From the NCBI GenBank assembly GCA_020536535.1, contig JAHLWZ010000865.1:4127-68126 (forward strand): 64,000 nucleotides of DNA, written 5' to 3'. Source of the DNA: Pelomyxa schiedti (taxonomy: Eukaryota > Protista > Evosea). The position numbers were made by a program, and so were the translations under genes. Under the pieces are notes generated by a model, which was given only the letters and a program-made list of their open reading frames with translations, did no database searches and had not been told where the DNA came from. How positions within the stretch are numbered: position 1 is the first letter of the stretch; the number at the start of each line of letters is the position of its first letter. Of the stretch, positions 10,204 to 22,494 are shown in pieces.

Positions 10204-12758
10204 ATGGACACTAGTGATGGAGGTGTACCCAACCGTACTAATCGGTGCGTTGTAATAGAAGCAGGGTGCGTTCACGTGTCGCAATTGGTGTCTCCTATTT
10301 GCGTACCAGACTCTCGTATTCTTTCCCTAAACAAAATGCTTTACAATTACAGTCACATCGTAGACTGATACTGACTGAGTTCCATTCTATTATAAAAAAA
10401 AAAAAAAGTGTTCAACCTCACATGTAAGTGCAAAGTCACAACCAACGACTTGTACTTGTGCCTCAAGTGTGGCCAGATTCTATGCCACAGTGAGGACCCA
10501 GAAGTTACTGCACCGGGCACTTCCGCTCCTTCACCGTCGCCTTCGCCTTCCCCATCACCACGCCTGCTTTTGTCTCTTTCATCTACAGTATCTGGCGCAT
10601 CGCCACTCTCACCCTCTCCGTCCCCCTCTCTTTCTTCCTCTTTCTCGTCTTCGGCTTCCTCCTCAGAGTCTTCCTCTTCTTCCTCGTGCTCCCCTTCGCC
10701 GCCATTGTCACCTCGTTCCGAGCAACAATCCGAACAACAAATACAATCACCGGTTCCAAGTCTCGTTCTAACTAAACCTGATGAACAAATTGAGTCAAAC
10801 ACAGCAACACCTATTTTTTGCCCACTACCAATCCCAGTGCCACTTCCTCAAAGTGAGTCTATTTCAGCACAAGTAATGGATGAACCCCCCACACAAGCAA
10901 CTGCATTAACAGAGGAGGTTTCATCCTTTTCAGGAGAGGCCTCTGAAATCCCAATTCCTCCACCACCACCGCCACCTCCACCACCACCTCCACCCCCTTA
11001 CATGAATTTTCATCTCCGGATTCCAATGAATTTCACCTCTCTACGTAGAGGAAGATACCGTAATAGACCAGCAGAAAACTTTAAAAATGGCTGCGCACTG
11101 ACACATGCCCTTGTGCACCCTGTGGTGCTAAAACTGGAAGATTTGACGCCATGGTGTGTTGGTGTGTGTGCTGTCATTCAGTTTATTGGCCAATCTAACA
11201 CAGTGAAAAGGTGTCTTGCTTGCAAGGCAACCCCTGATTCACCGGTCTTCCTGGACTTTGTTGTAACCATCTAACATTGAACAGGAAATTGCTGCGATAA
11301 TCCTAGCCTTGAAAGATAAAAAAGATCAAGAGAGTATATTATTCTTCCAGTCATTCTCCTTACTCACTCAACTAAAAAGCGGATCCTGTATTAAACAAAC
11401 TCATTCTGGGAATCCCAAATAGATTGAATCCCCGAAATCATCAATTCCTTGGTATCCGAGAGTTTGCTGCATGTCTGAAGCACGGAGATTTTAAGAATAT
11501 CATAGTATTAAAGTACTTACTATCTTTTTGTGATCCCCTGTGCATATATACATCTTTAGTGGCCCTGGCCTTTATTCGAGATCTGGCTGGCCTTGCCCGA
11601 TTAATACCCTATCAAGTGACCTACTTGCGGAAAAATTCCATGTAAACAGTCCGACCGCTCTTTTTAAAATGAAGTAAGAGTTCAAGCTCCTCTTTGTTGC
11701 TTATTGGTTCAGAGATTTTGTAGATAATCCTGCTCCTTTTTTTTCATTTGCAAAACATTTTCTCTCTCCTCAGTTAAAGGTTTCCCACCCTCTCCAATTA
11801 ATAAGATCTCAACAAAAAAAGCCAAGAAAACCACATCTGTTTATAAAAAGTCTCCATGACAGAGGATACCTGATGAGGGTGTACACTGTAAATATCGATA
11901 TGCTTGAATATGCAGCTGGTATGTACTGTCCTTCCAACTGTTTCTAATTCGTGACATGATATTTCACAGGAATCCCTGAGGAAAAATTAGTTCACGCATA
12001 TGGCTCGTTTCTCACTGGGAGATGTACCAGTTGTCACTGTATCTACAAGCTGCCATTCTTTCTTGGTAACAGCTATTTTGCAAACATTTATGACATTAAA
12101 TGCATGTAGAGTGTGCCCTCTCTAACAAGTTGCCATTATGCCTGGAATGTGGACACTGTGTTAAGCCAGGTTAGGAAATCTATTCCCTCAAGACTCTCTA
12201 AATGCCCCAAGATGTTCTATTTTTTGGGGAGCAGCTTCCCCTCAGATTTTATGAGCTCTCAGAAGAAGATTTCCTTTCGGTATGGTGTAAAAGAATAGGC
12301 CAGTCTAATTATCGTTAGTGCGATTTGTTAATCGTGATGGGAGTGCCCCTCACCATGCAACCATTTGGTTCCCTCATCCATCAAGTGTGCCCTTGTTCCT
12401 AATAACTATCTCCCTAATAAATCCCTCAGGTCGGCAACAAAGTCCCCCGAATTTTTATCAACTGTAGCAATAGCCTTGACCCCTCCAATGCACATATTCA
12501 CGTCGATCCTGTTTTGACATGCATCAATGCATTATGTTCAACTCCCATTTCAGGCTGTTTCTAACCCTAACAAAAAAAGTGACTGAAAGTAAGCCTCCAA
12601 AGAGGGAGCATGACTTGATTGTTTTACAAAAGTGCTCTGCTGCTTGTTCCACACTAACCAAGACTCTGGGATGGAATGCACATTCTACAGATAGTGAGTC
12701 CCAAACTGTCACTGTACCCGAACAACAGAACACGGCGGCTTCACTTGACGGAAAATAA
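10204..12758 (+). CDS. ZnF-UBP + sirtuin (SIR2) domain protein, Dictyostelium Sir2A-like architecture, with degenerate catalytic motifs
   Basis: GCVH..C.C..LYLCLKCGQILC..GCALTHA..HPVVL..WCLAC (ZnF-UBP); KNIIVLNGPG, YTVNIDMLE, LVHAYGSF, CTSC/CLEC, VKPDVLFFGEQLP, DLLIVMG, VPRIFIN (SIR2). Confidence 0.85.
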
Positions 12759-12846
12759 ATTCTGAGCTCATTTGAAAAAAAAAGGAATGTATTTTCTTTA
12801 CTCAATTTACGCTCTGCCCGGCTTTTCTCCCTGTAAAGTAGTAAGC

Positions 12847-14143
12847 TTAAAACAAGAGATGCAAAATCACGGAGCCAAAGCACAATAGTATAATAGGGCA
12901 AACACTGAAACTCGTACTACTTTCACCTTCCACAGAAGAACAATCAGGCAATGCATCAAAGTGTAGTGGCTCATTTTGCAGTATGAATATCAATTCACCA
13001 CATGCCCCACAGTGAAAAGGCCAAACCATTTCAACCTCCACAGCGGCATCCCATAGTTGTTGTGCTCCCTCTTGAGCAGCCTCAAAATCCCCAATACTGA
13101 GCAGTGACCAGCCTACTGGTGTCATATCCCACCCCACATCAAGCATTTCTGCGCCATCCGCTGTGCTGAAAAGGTCCTGTTCTAGAGGTTGGCACCACTG
13201 CGGGTGCAGTGTAACCAGCTTTCCAACAATTTGGTCGGAATCGCAGGGAGAATTGTCCGGTATGGCTCCAAAGGCTGTAGGCCAAGCTTGGCATACTGCA
13301 TCAGCATACAGAATAGTCCAGTTAGCACTTTCAGTATTGCGGGCCTCATCCATGTACATTGACCAACCTTCATCCTCATTTCTCCATAGATTGGTTTGAA
13401 TTGCACCGGAAACTGCACTGGCAAGACTGCTGCAGCGGTTTGCCAGTTGTGTTTGTGAAAGTGCCAATGCCAATTGCTCACAGGCGTGCAGCCCAGCAAC
13501 GACTTCAGAGTTGTCCATGAGATATTTGATGTGGTAGCTTGGTTTCGCCCAAGTCAAGTTATGGTTAAGTGTCTGCTCAATGGCTGTCACGGCCAGTGGT
13601 ATAGAGTCAGCCAAATCCCATAAAAGGGTAGAATTCGAATCCACTTTGTAAGTGTAATAAAGTGCAACAAGGTACATTGCCGCATAAGAATCAGTGCTAT
13701 CCATATCCCCCTGTTGATATGAATACGTGTCACAGTGAGCAATTTTGAAAAACCGAGGGGAGTCAGATAAATGTGGGAGAGGCTAGATTTATAACTGTTT
13801 CCTGCCAGTCAGAATCGGGTTCAGAAATATCCCTGGTGTAATCAAACACAAATCCAGTGGTTGGGTCCATGTGGTCACGGTACCAGCCAAGCCACGACCA
13901 CGCCACACCAGCCCACGCGGGGTCGGGCGAGTCCACCAGTGCCGTGGCCGTCGCTAGCCCCAACGCCCCAAAGTGCGACCAGTACGGCACCAAGTCAGAC
14001 TGGTCCGTAGACATCGCGATGGCCCCTTTGTAGCTGCACCCCACGATGAAGTCTGCTAGCTGCTGTGGGTCTGGTGCTGTGCACAGCGCGGTGGTTGTGA
14101 GCCACGTCAACACCAAGCCTGTCAAGAGCAACGATGGCTCCAT
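12847..14143 (-). CDS. Secreted/GPI-type six-hairpin glycosidase-like protein, one intron
   Basis: Signal peptide; WLGWY..H..GFVFDY; GDMDSTDSYAAMYL; LTWAKPSYHIKYLMDNSEV..GL; YADAVCQAW; Ser-rich then hydrophobic tail. Confidence 0.6.
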
Positions 14144-14181
14144 CGGACTTTGGTTTTAGGGTTTGTTTTTTGTTTTTGTTG

Positions 14182-14904
14182 CTAGGATGACAGTACAAAG
14201 TTGTAGAACTGAAACCAGGTCATGGTGCGGGTGTGTGGTGAAGGTGGAGGGAAGTCTTGACTTGGTGGTTCGTTTTCATTAATTTCCCCCTTGATGATTA
14301 TGTCTGCTTCGGCAAGCCTTTCTACTAGTGCTGCATGGCATGAGGTCTGCAATTGTGGTGTGTATCTTGTTGGGTGCAATCATAAGAACTTACCAAGACT
14401 CGACCAAGATTTCCAGCGTCAAAAGTACTTGAGGATGTAAACTGCCCAAGGAGGCATATCTTTTTAGCCTTGACTGGGTTTTGAGATAACCGTCTCCCAA
14501 ACCTACTATGATAAGCAAAACGACATAAAAGAAATAGTCCATACCGGTCCTCTGGCAAAAACTTTCCAGCACTTTCACATTCGTACAACCTTTTCATAAC
14601 TTAGAAACCATAAAAAAAACCTATAGTCAAAAAACCATTGTGGTGATACAACCCACTTATGAGTCAGTAAAGCCAGAAGTGCCCACAAGCTTGGTTCAGG
14701 GGTAACCTTTTTTCGAAAAAAAAAACCCAAATTAAGAAATGGGATATATACAACACTGCGGCATACCACATGGGTTATTCCGCGGTGGAACACTTTGTCT
14801 TTCCAAACAGAAGAACCCAAGTGCTCTGCAATTCTCGTGAGAGCACCACATTCCTCAGGTGCTAATTTGCAGAAGGTGATAACTGTGAACTGTTGGTTTT
14901 TCAT
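14182..14904 (-). CDS. Tandem BRCT domains (probably the C-terminus of the upstream CAP-G-like gene, or a separate gene)
   Basis: ITHVVC..LLALLTHKWVVSPQW|LYECESAGKFLPEDRY is a BRCT signature; second repeat ends MTWFQFYNFV, stop 14182-14184. Confidence 0.75.
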
Positions 14905-15029
14905 TCCTAATAGGGGTTAGATAACCTAGATCTGTGCTTGGTTGGTTTCGGTTTTCATCAGGGTTAATAGAAGCAGAAGGCAAATCAGGAAACGGGACTG
15001 GGGACACGTTTAGGGAAAGTCTGGGCCTG

Positions 15030-18000
15030 CTATGTACAACTTTGGATGCTGGAACGGAATTTGGAAACTCTGGGCACTTTGACTTTCACTACATGGGGAA
15101 AAAAAATCACACCAGAAGAGCCAGTTACGTTCTTAGAAGCGCTTGTATCCGCTTGATGCAAAGTGTATAGTATCCTAAGATCTGCCACAAGGGCTTCAAA
15201 ATTGGAACGGTTCTTTCGGATTTCACGGGTTCCCAATTTCAGCTTCTTAACAACTGGGGGGGCTTTGGGGTACTCCTTGCGTAAATGAGGCTAAAGGGAA
15301 AAGGGAATTTTCACTTTACTTGGTGGATCAAGGATGCAAGGGTAGCGGTTGCATTTCTCAAAATTGAATCACCTGACAGTTTCTCCGCCAGAATCAATTT
15401 GTCGAAACACTGGGACAAAATGCGCCCAAGGAAAGAACATTCCTTGGAAGGAGGTGGCTTCATTTCACACAAAAACGCCAATGCAAGTCTGGCGTGCTCA
15501 GTTAACTGGTATTCACACGCATCTACCCTGGAAACGGTGAAATAAATCAAGCAAAAAGCACAACACATACTTCACTGTGATAGACATTCCTGTTGTCAGT
15601 CCAAGAAATTCTTTCACCGCCGGTATTATGAGGGATTTGTCGCTAGCTGAAAAAAAGGTACTCAACATTACGGAACACGAGAGGGAGGAAACCTAGGGAA
15701 AGAGCGTGAAGTGTCATGATGAACGCATTTTCACATTTGGTTATAAGTTCCATTTGCAATGACTCTAGTTGTTGGAAACTCTTTTTAATAAAAGTTTCCA
15801 TAAAATCCTATTGAAATGAGGAGTAGACTGACGAGTTGATCAGATCGTACATGAACAAGCCACTCCAATGGGGAATCTCGCAAATGCCTGCTCCACAACA
15901 ATGTCCACAATTTAGCAACACACTGCAGAATGTTATGGACTCATAAATATTTTTCCCCCCATACCACCGAGTCAATGAGATAGCTGTGGTGGGAAATAGC
16001 CCGGAGATATAGTTTACAAAAACCTAGTACTTTTAGTACGAGTGGGTGGGAGTACGACGACTTGCCTTGCACAGTGATTGTTTGTCTCTCATCAGTGAAA
16101 TCAGTAAATTGGAGCAAGTGATGCATCTAAATTGTGTTTGCACTCTTAAAAAAAAATGTAAATAAAACCCATGGAATGTGACAGGATTTTGGAAATGTAG
16201 GAACGATAACCAGATACTTCAGTGGCACAGATAATGGTGCTTCTGTGCTTTCTGTCTCTGGCAATCCCAACTGGTCTACTGATGAATCACTAGCAAGAAG
16301 AAAATCGAAGATGAACTGAAGGACAGTTAAATGGAATCGAAGTCATTTCGTTGTACCTTAAGACATATAACTTGGAAGTCCACAGTTTGTGCGAGAGAAA
16401 GTAACTTTATGAAGTGGTCGAACTCTTCAAGGATTACAGTATCCCCCTAAAGGATTAAAAATAACAACTAAGAAATAAGAGGCTCTCACCTTGCACATGC
16501 AATATAACCCGTAACAATATAAAGCAGCTTGCTTTACACATTCAATTTCAGAGTCCATGTGGGGCTTCACCAGGTCTGAATACAGAGAGTCCAAGTACGG
16601 TTCACACACATTATCACAAGCGTCCTGAGGCATTGCTTCTAACATCGCTTGTGTGGCTAACAGGACACGAATTTGTCCACAACCACGATCAAAAGTGGAT
16701 GCCTTGTGAGAGTGAGCCATTAATAAATAACGGCTTGGTAACCTTGTGCTCTTGAAGAAAATTGTGTATATTCTGTGTAGGTCTCAGGCTAATGAATGGG
16801 ACTATGATACATACATTTTTGTTAGCAAACACACTTGCTATATCCAGATTGGATTCTGCCATGCAAAGTAGTTTGTATTGCTCCTCAAAATTGGAAATAT
16901 CTTGGAAAAAATAATGCTGTATTAGTTATAAACGGACCATCTCTAAATGGCACCTTCCACGGTGCAAACTTTTTCTTGTGATTCACTAAAGAAATCTTGC
17001 GGCTCCTCCAGTGGGTATTCTATCTCAGAAATGATGTGCTCGAGACCAAAACTATGGTAGTGTTTGGAGCACGTTGAAAGGGCCGAGTGGCTACTTTAAA
17101 AACTGTTCTGCAGATTGCGGAGCACACAACTGTGAGATCAGTTTCACCAGTAGGGTCCTGCAGTCTCTAGTAAGAATTTCTTTGCATACAACCTCACCTT
17201 TGAAACATTACTGTAGGGGAATGGAGTAGTACGTACTTACAAAGGGAACAAGCAAGAGGTTCGCACGCAGATTCCTGCCAAGGAGCAAATTTTAAATCTA
17301 GAAGGAGCAGTAAGAAGTGTTTCAACTCCACAGGTTGCAATGAGAGGACTTGGATGATGTCCATGGCTGGGAATTCAACTTAGAATATTTAACGTGGAAG
17401 GGAAGGTGCAAGACCAACTATCGGAGTTAGTTGCAACGATTCCACAAATTCCTCAGGGTCTTTCTTGTCTTCTGTTATATATAACAAAATATTACATCTA
17501 TGAGAAGGTGGGAGTGTGGGACCAATAAGTTTGTGCAGGTATTTCCATAAAAAGAGCAGATGAGGAAGCTTGGCATTATCAACGGACAATGGTACCAAAT
17601 TAAGGGAGATTGGGTTCACGGCCTGAGAAGAAATGGCATGATTGATACAGACTGTGACTGCAGATTCACAAAACGCAAACTCTTCACAAACCTTGATCAA
17701 GTAAATTCAATTTTGGAACAAGGAAGAGGAGCTACTTGAAGAATATTGCCAGTTTCAGAAATCCATTTCTCGACAAGCTTAAGGGCAGACTCTGCAACTT
17801 TATGGTCCCTGGGTGAACAATGAGAGTGTTAGTACATAATTAAAAGTTCTACCGGTCATCGAGACTCAGAACAATAATGGCACGTTGCAATGCAGAGCAA
17901 GGTGGTGAAATGTCATTCAGCTTTGAAAGCGACATAAATCGCACTAATTCATCTTCATCTCTGGTACGGTCAACAAGCCATTGAGTTGCAAGGTCTGCAC

Positions 18001-19170
18001 AAGGCTGGCATGTGAAAATGACGGGCTGCATAGAAAACACAATAGATCGACGAACTCTTCATTTACGTGTTATTCATTAGAATGTTGAGACCACTGAGAA
18101 CTTACTTGACTTTATCATGGCTGTGCTCCAAAAAACAGATAAAATTAATAAAATTAATATTACTCCCCTTAGTGACCTCACAAGTACCTTATCAGACGGG
18201 CCAGTTGTTCAGACATCCCCTGGAAAAACTCTAGAAATGAACAGACGACATCCACTGAAAGTACTCTCACAGACGTAGTCCTATCACTACATAATTAGAA
18301 AGTATAGGTGCACTGATTTTTGTCACAGTAATCTCTGGGAAAGCTCCGATGATATTTTCTTCTTCAGTTTTACTTTTTCAAAACTGTGGACTATCAGGAA
18401 AGGTACATACCAAATAGAGGGTTACATGGCTTCTTTAAGGGGTTGTTTCTTAACGAAAAGCTGCAGCATTTTCATCCAATTTAGCCGCGCAATTTTATTA
18501 TTACAGCCAGCTGCAACCAAACTGTGCTTGAGGAGGTGCTGTATATACTTCGGCTTTTTCATTTTGAGTAGCTTTTTCCGTTTGGCATACAAGTAAGCCC
18601 AAAGCCACATTACCTGTTGCTCGAGAAATTCCGCTACAAAGTCAAGGGAGCTCTCCACGGTTTCTTGAGCAGAAAGAGTAAGAAGTCTAAATACTCTATG
18701 TTCAAAGCAATCCCAAAACATATTTCTATGCTCATCTTGCCATCTCTTTGATAACAATAAACGAAGCAATATTCTCGCCTCTTTCACTCTGTTGCATTGA
18801 GCAAGAAAGTGGGCTAGGTTTAAACAAACGGGATGAAAACCTGCCTTTTATTTGGTTTGCTTGTGGATTTGTCAAGAGCTCTGGAAATTCCTTCATCAAA
18901 TGCCGCAACGGCCTCTCTGCATTCGTCTTCGTCGCTATCGTCGCTGTCATCGCTGATGCGTTCTTCACCAAGATCACTTTCATCACTTGGATCCGGCGAC
19001 GACGATTGTTGGCAACCAAGATCTGCGGGCGTCGTAACAGCAACACCATGCGAACTTTCTCGAGGTGCCTCCGGCGAGGTCGCATTTTCATCGTTACATG
19101 TCAACGTATTGTCTTGTACAGTCACTGCGGTTCTCCTCCTCTTCGACAAGGGCACATGTACTCCCGACAT
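15030..19170 (-). CDS. Condensin subunit CAP-G/Ycg1-like HEAT-repeat protein (start approximate)
   Basis: Acidic N-terminus; LVDRTRDEDELVR; VKQAALYCYGLYC; FIFDFLL; QG.CKLYL; TEHARLALAFLCEM follow the order of CAP-G/Cnd3 motifs. Confidence 0.65.
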
Positions 19171-19374
19171 TCTATGATGCCAGACAGATTAGATCTACTG
19201 CCCCAAGTTGAGTGTAGGTCCCTTTCCATGAGCAGGGAAACAGTGTCCACACTGTGGCAACTTCCTCCATGATCATTCGACTTTGTGCCCCCAATTTCGT
19301 TGGTGGTGTCCCTAGATCTTTGAACAGTTTCGATTGCTTCTGTGAAAAAAAATACACCGAAACACGAAAAAAAC

Positions 19375-22246
19375 ATGACAAGCCCGCCAGCAGCGGGGCT
19401 GGTCTCCTCGTCGTCATCATCCAGCAAACACAGTTCACGTCACCCCACGGGAACAACTCGGACAATGTCGGTGGATTCTGTGCCTACCGAGTCCAACGCC
19501 TCCGTGGCTGCATCATCCAAACCCCGCAGCGGCACAACCGAATGCGTGTCTAAACAATGCTCCCTCAAGGACAAGCCCGCTGATATGCGGTCTTCCTCTT
19601 CCTCCTCCACTGACAAAGTTCCGTCCACTTCGCCGCCGGCGTTGTCCCTGGCCCCCCCACCGCCCTCCTCCTCCTCTTCCTCCTCCTCCTCCTCCTCGTC
19701 TCCGATGACCACCTCGCCGACTCCCCCAGTTGTCTACTGTGACCCCTCCCTAGGGGCCGTTTCCTACATCCCCTCGTCCCCGCTTGTTCCCCTCTCTGCG
19801 TCCCACCTGGGATCCGGGGGTATCCTAGGCAAAAAGAGTGCCTCCCTGGGCGCCGAGCTTACGACCACCGCAACTACGGCAAGCGGCGGGCGGGAATCAG
19901 GATCAGGCTCCATTCCTCGACGGACCACGGTCTCGCCGTCGCCGCCCCCGCCGGGCTCACGTAAACTCGTACCGTTTCACAAACAGATCCCGTCCCCGGC
20001 AAAGAACTGCCTCATGACACACTCGGCCCAGGAGATTCTGGAAAAACCTTTCACTAGGCTCTCGGTGTGCAAAGATTGGCTTCGGCTGTCGAAGGGTTTT
20101 TCTGTTGTCGACCAAACTTCGGGTTGGTCCCACTCATTCCACAAACCAAGTTAGGCTTTGACTGTCTAAGTGTAAAAATAGGCACGCTTTTCTACGACCA
20201 CGACACAATAGAGCCTCCATCAAATCAAATTGAAGAGGCGTTGTCTATGCTAAATGCAATATGGTCCATTACTGAGCCTGCAGATAACGTTATTGACCTA
20301 GTCAAACTCTATCGCCGGCATGTCTCCAACCCCGATCTTGATTTTATGCATCAATTTCAAGTACGCCTGGACATCCATTGCCCATATTCCTAAAGAGAGC
20401 AAAGGTATTCTTAGAAGCCTTAGAAAAGACTCACAAGCACCTATCTACTCAAGCATTGAAGTGTGTATGCCAAGGTTGGTTATCTAGTTCCTTCCTCTAT
20501 TTTTACTTGTTACTGCAGAAATGATCTACCCTGCAGTAATGCACTTTCACAAGACGTTGTATACCAAATATCCCTTCAAAGATAAAAGGAGTACTTGGAG
20601 GGTGTCTGTATTTGTATCTCATCCGCGCACACAGTTCATGGAAATTGTTGTAGCGCATTTGAAGGGGCAGGAGTCACATGAAGCAAATGCATTCTCATTT
20701 GCATGGGAATTGGATGTTGTACTAAAACAAGAGTAAGTTTTTACTGCCGAGTTGGAAACTTACCATCTTCAATCAGTGAGAGCCCAACATCCGAATTGTA
20801 TATTATCAAGTATGATTTAGGGGATGCGATGAAGGTTAATAATAATTAAAAATTCAATGTAGCTATCTATCTAATCCTTAAAAGGAACCAAGTCGATCAG
20901 ATATTGTTGCTTATTTTGAATCAGAACTTCACCCGAACTGCATTTTCCAGAAGGTTGAGTTTCTCATTTCAAAGAGAGTCCATAATTAATTATCTTTTAG
21001 ATTTGGTCCTCCCTTCCCCCCTCCATAAGAACATACAGAATAGTGACGAATTGGTATATCCGGCCTTACTAGTTGCGAACTCACTTACTATTCCCAGTAC
21101 TAAAATTCTTGACACACAAGGAAACATACTTTTTAAGTCCGTAAACTATACTCCACTTTGCTGTACACTCTTGGAACTGACGAGAGCTATCGCAATTGGC
21201 TTGGACTCTTTTGACTCGTCAAGTCACTACACGAAGAAAGCAAACAATGTACCTGTTAATCCTGAAAGAAAACGATAAAGATCTTCTGAACAGCAAATTT
21301 CTACTAAGCATATAGCTCTTTTTAGGTGACACGTTCACAAGCACAGGCTGGCAAACGATGCAGTCAGATACGACATTTCTCAGAATCATCGCCCTCCTTT
21401 GGATGGTTAACTGAAACTAATGTAACTCTACCGCCTAACTGTGACCTAGGATATACTTGCTATGCCACAAAAAATTGTGAGGGAATTATTTGTCGGAAAA
21501 TTCCCGCTTGAAAAGGAGGGCAGGAGATCTTCCACACTGCAATTCGCGGAAAACAAACGAGTGTGCTAACAGCCCTTACAGAAAGATTAACGAGAATTTA
21601 TTAATCCTGAAGGTGACTGTTTGTCATAAAGTAATCGAGCACTCCTCCTCCGCTGCATTGCCATTCGAGTTTTGCTGGCAATTCGCTGCTGAAATAGATC
21701 CTTTCAGCGATGGAATCAACACGGGGTACGATGCCTTCCACCATATCCAAAAATGCTCCTCCACCAACCATTTGCTTGGGCAGGTTGCAGATTGTATCAT
21801 ACACCTTTTTTGACAACATGCCCTACCAAGACCGAATGCAGTGGACCCTCGCCGCCGCGCCCCTGCTCACTGACACCACCAAGGAGAAAAAGGTTGTGCA
21901 AATTCCGGCTGTGGCATTACTCCAGGCCTGCTGTGCGTCACTTCAATCATCGCCGCACAGTGAGCAAGTTGTGGCCCTTGACAACCTCTCGGCCCCGGTA
22001 GCAGTTGAAACAGCCCTGAGGAGCCTATTGGCATCCTTGTCACACTGCCATGCTGTCCCGGTGGTTTCACTGAAAACAAGCAAAGCTTTCACTGTAAGTA
22101 CTAGTAGCACTCACCCGGCACTACACACAAGTGGTGGCTCGGCTGCTGCAACCGAGGTGGATGTCCCAAAGGCAATATCCACTTCCCCCGCACCAACTAC
22201 AACAACAACAGCCACATCCACAAGTACGCCAATCTCTGATGAGTAA
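19375..22246 (+). CDS. Protein with Ser/Pro-rich N-terminus and GlfB C-terminal-like domain(s)
   Basis: ALKCVCQ|EMIYPA..YPFKDKRSTWRVSV..IVVAHLKGQES..FSFAWELDV, and a second similar block VTVCHKVIEHS..PFEFCWQF. Family recognised from memory only. Confidence 0.5.
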
Positions 22247-22494
22247 AACTAGAACACGTGTGATCTCCACAATTTTTGGTGTTGCGGGTTATGCACGTTT
22301 CCTCACGTTGCAGATGGATCCGAGAAAACCCGCTCTTTTTTGCGATTAGCGGAAGTGGAATTGCTGCTTTTCCTCGACATACTCATCCTGCTCGATAAAG
22401 CGAGGGCGTTCGGGAGTTCCCCAAAATTACAACCACCAACAAAACAAAGTCTTCTTTCAGCACCACACCACGGGCCGAAGGCACAAGATCCAAG

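Noticed and set aside
10353-10802. Long antisense Glu/Gly-rich ORFs (also 19440-19712, 35168-35470, 43016-43423)
   Set aside because: Shadows of Ser/Pro low-complexity coding sequence on the opposite strand.
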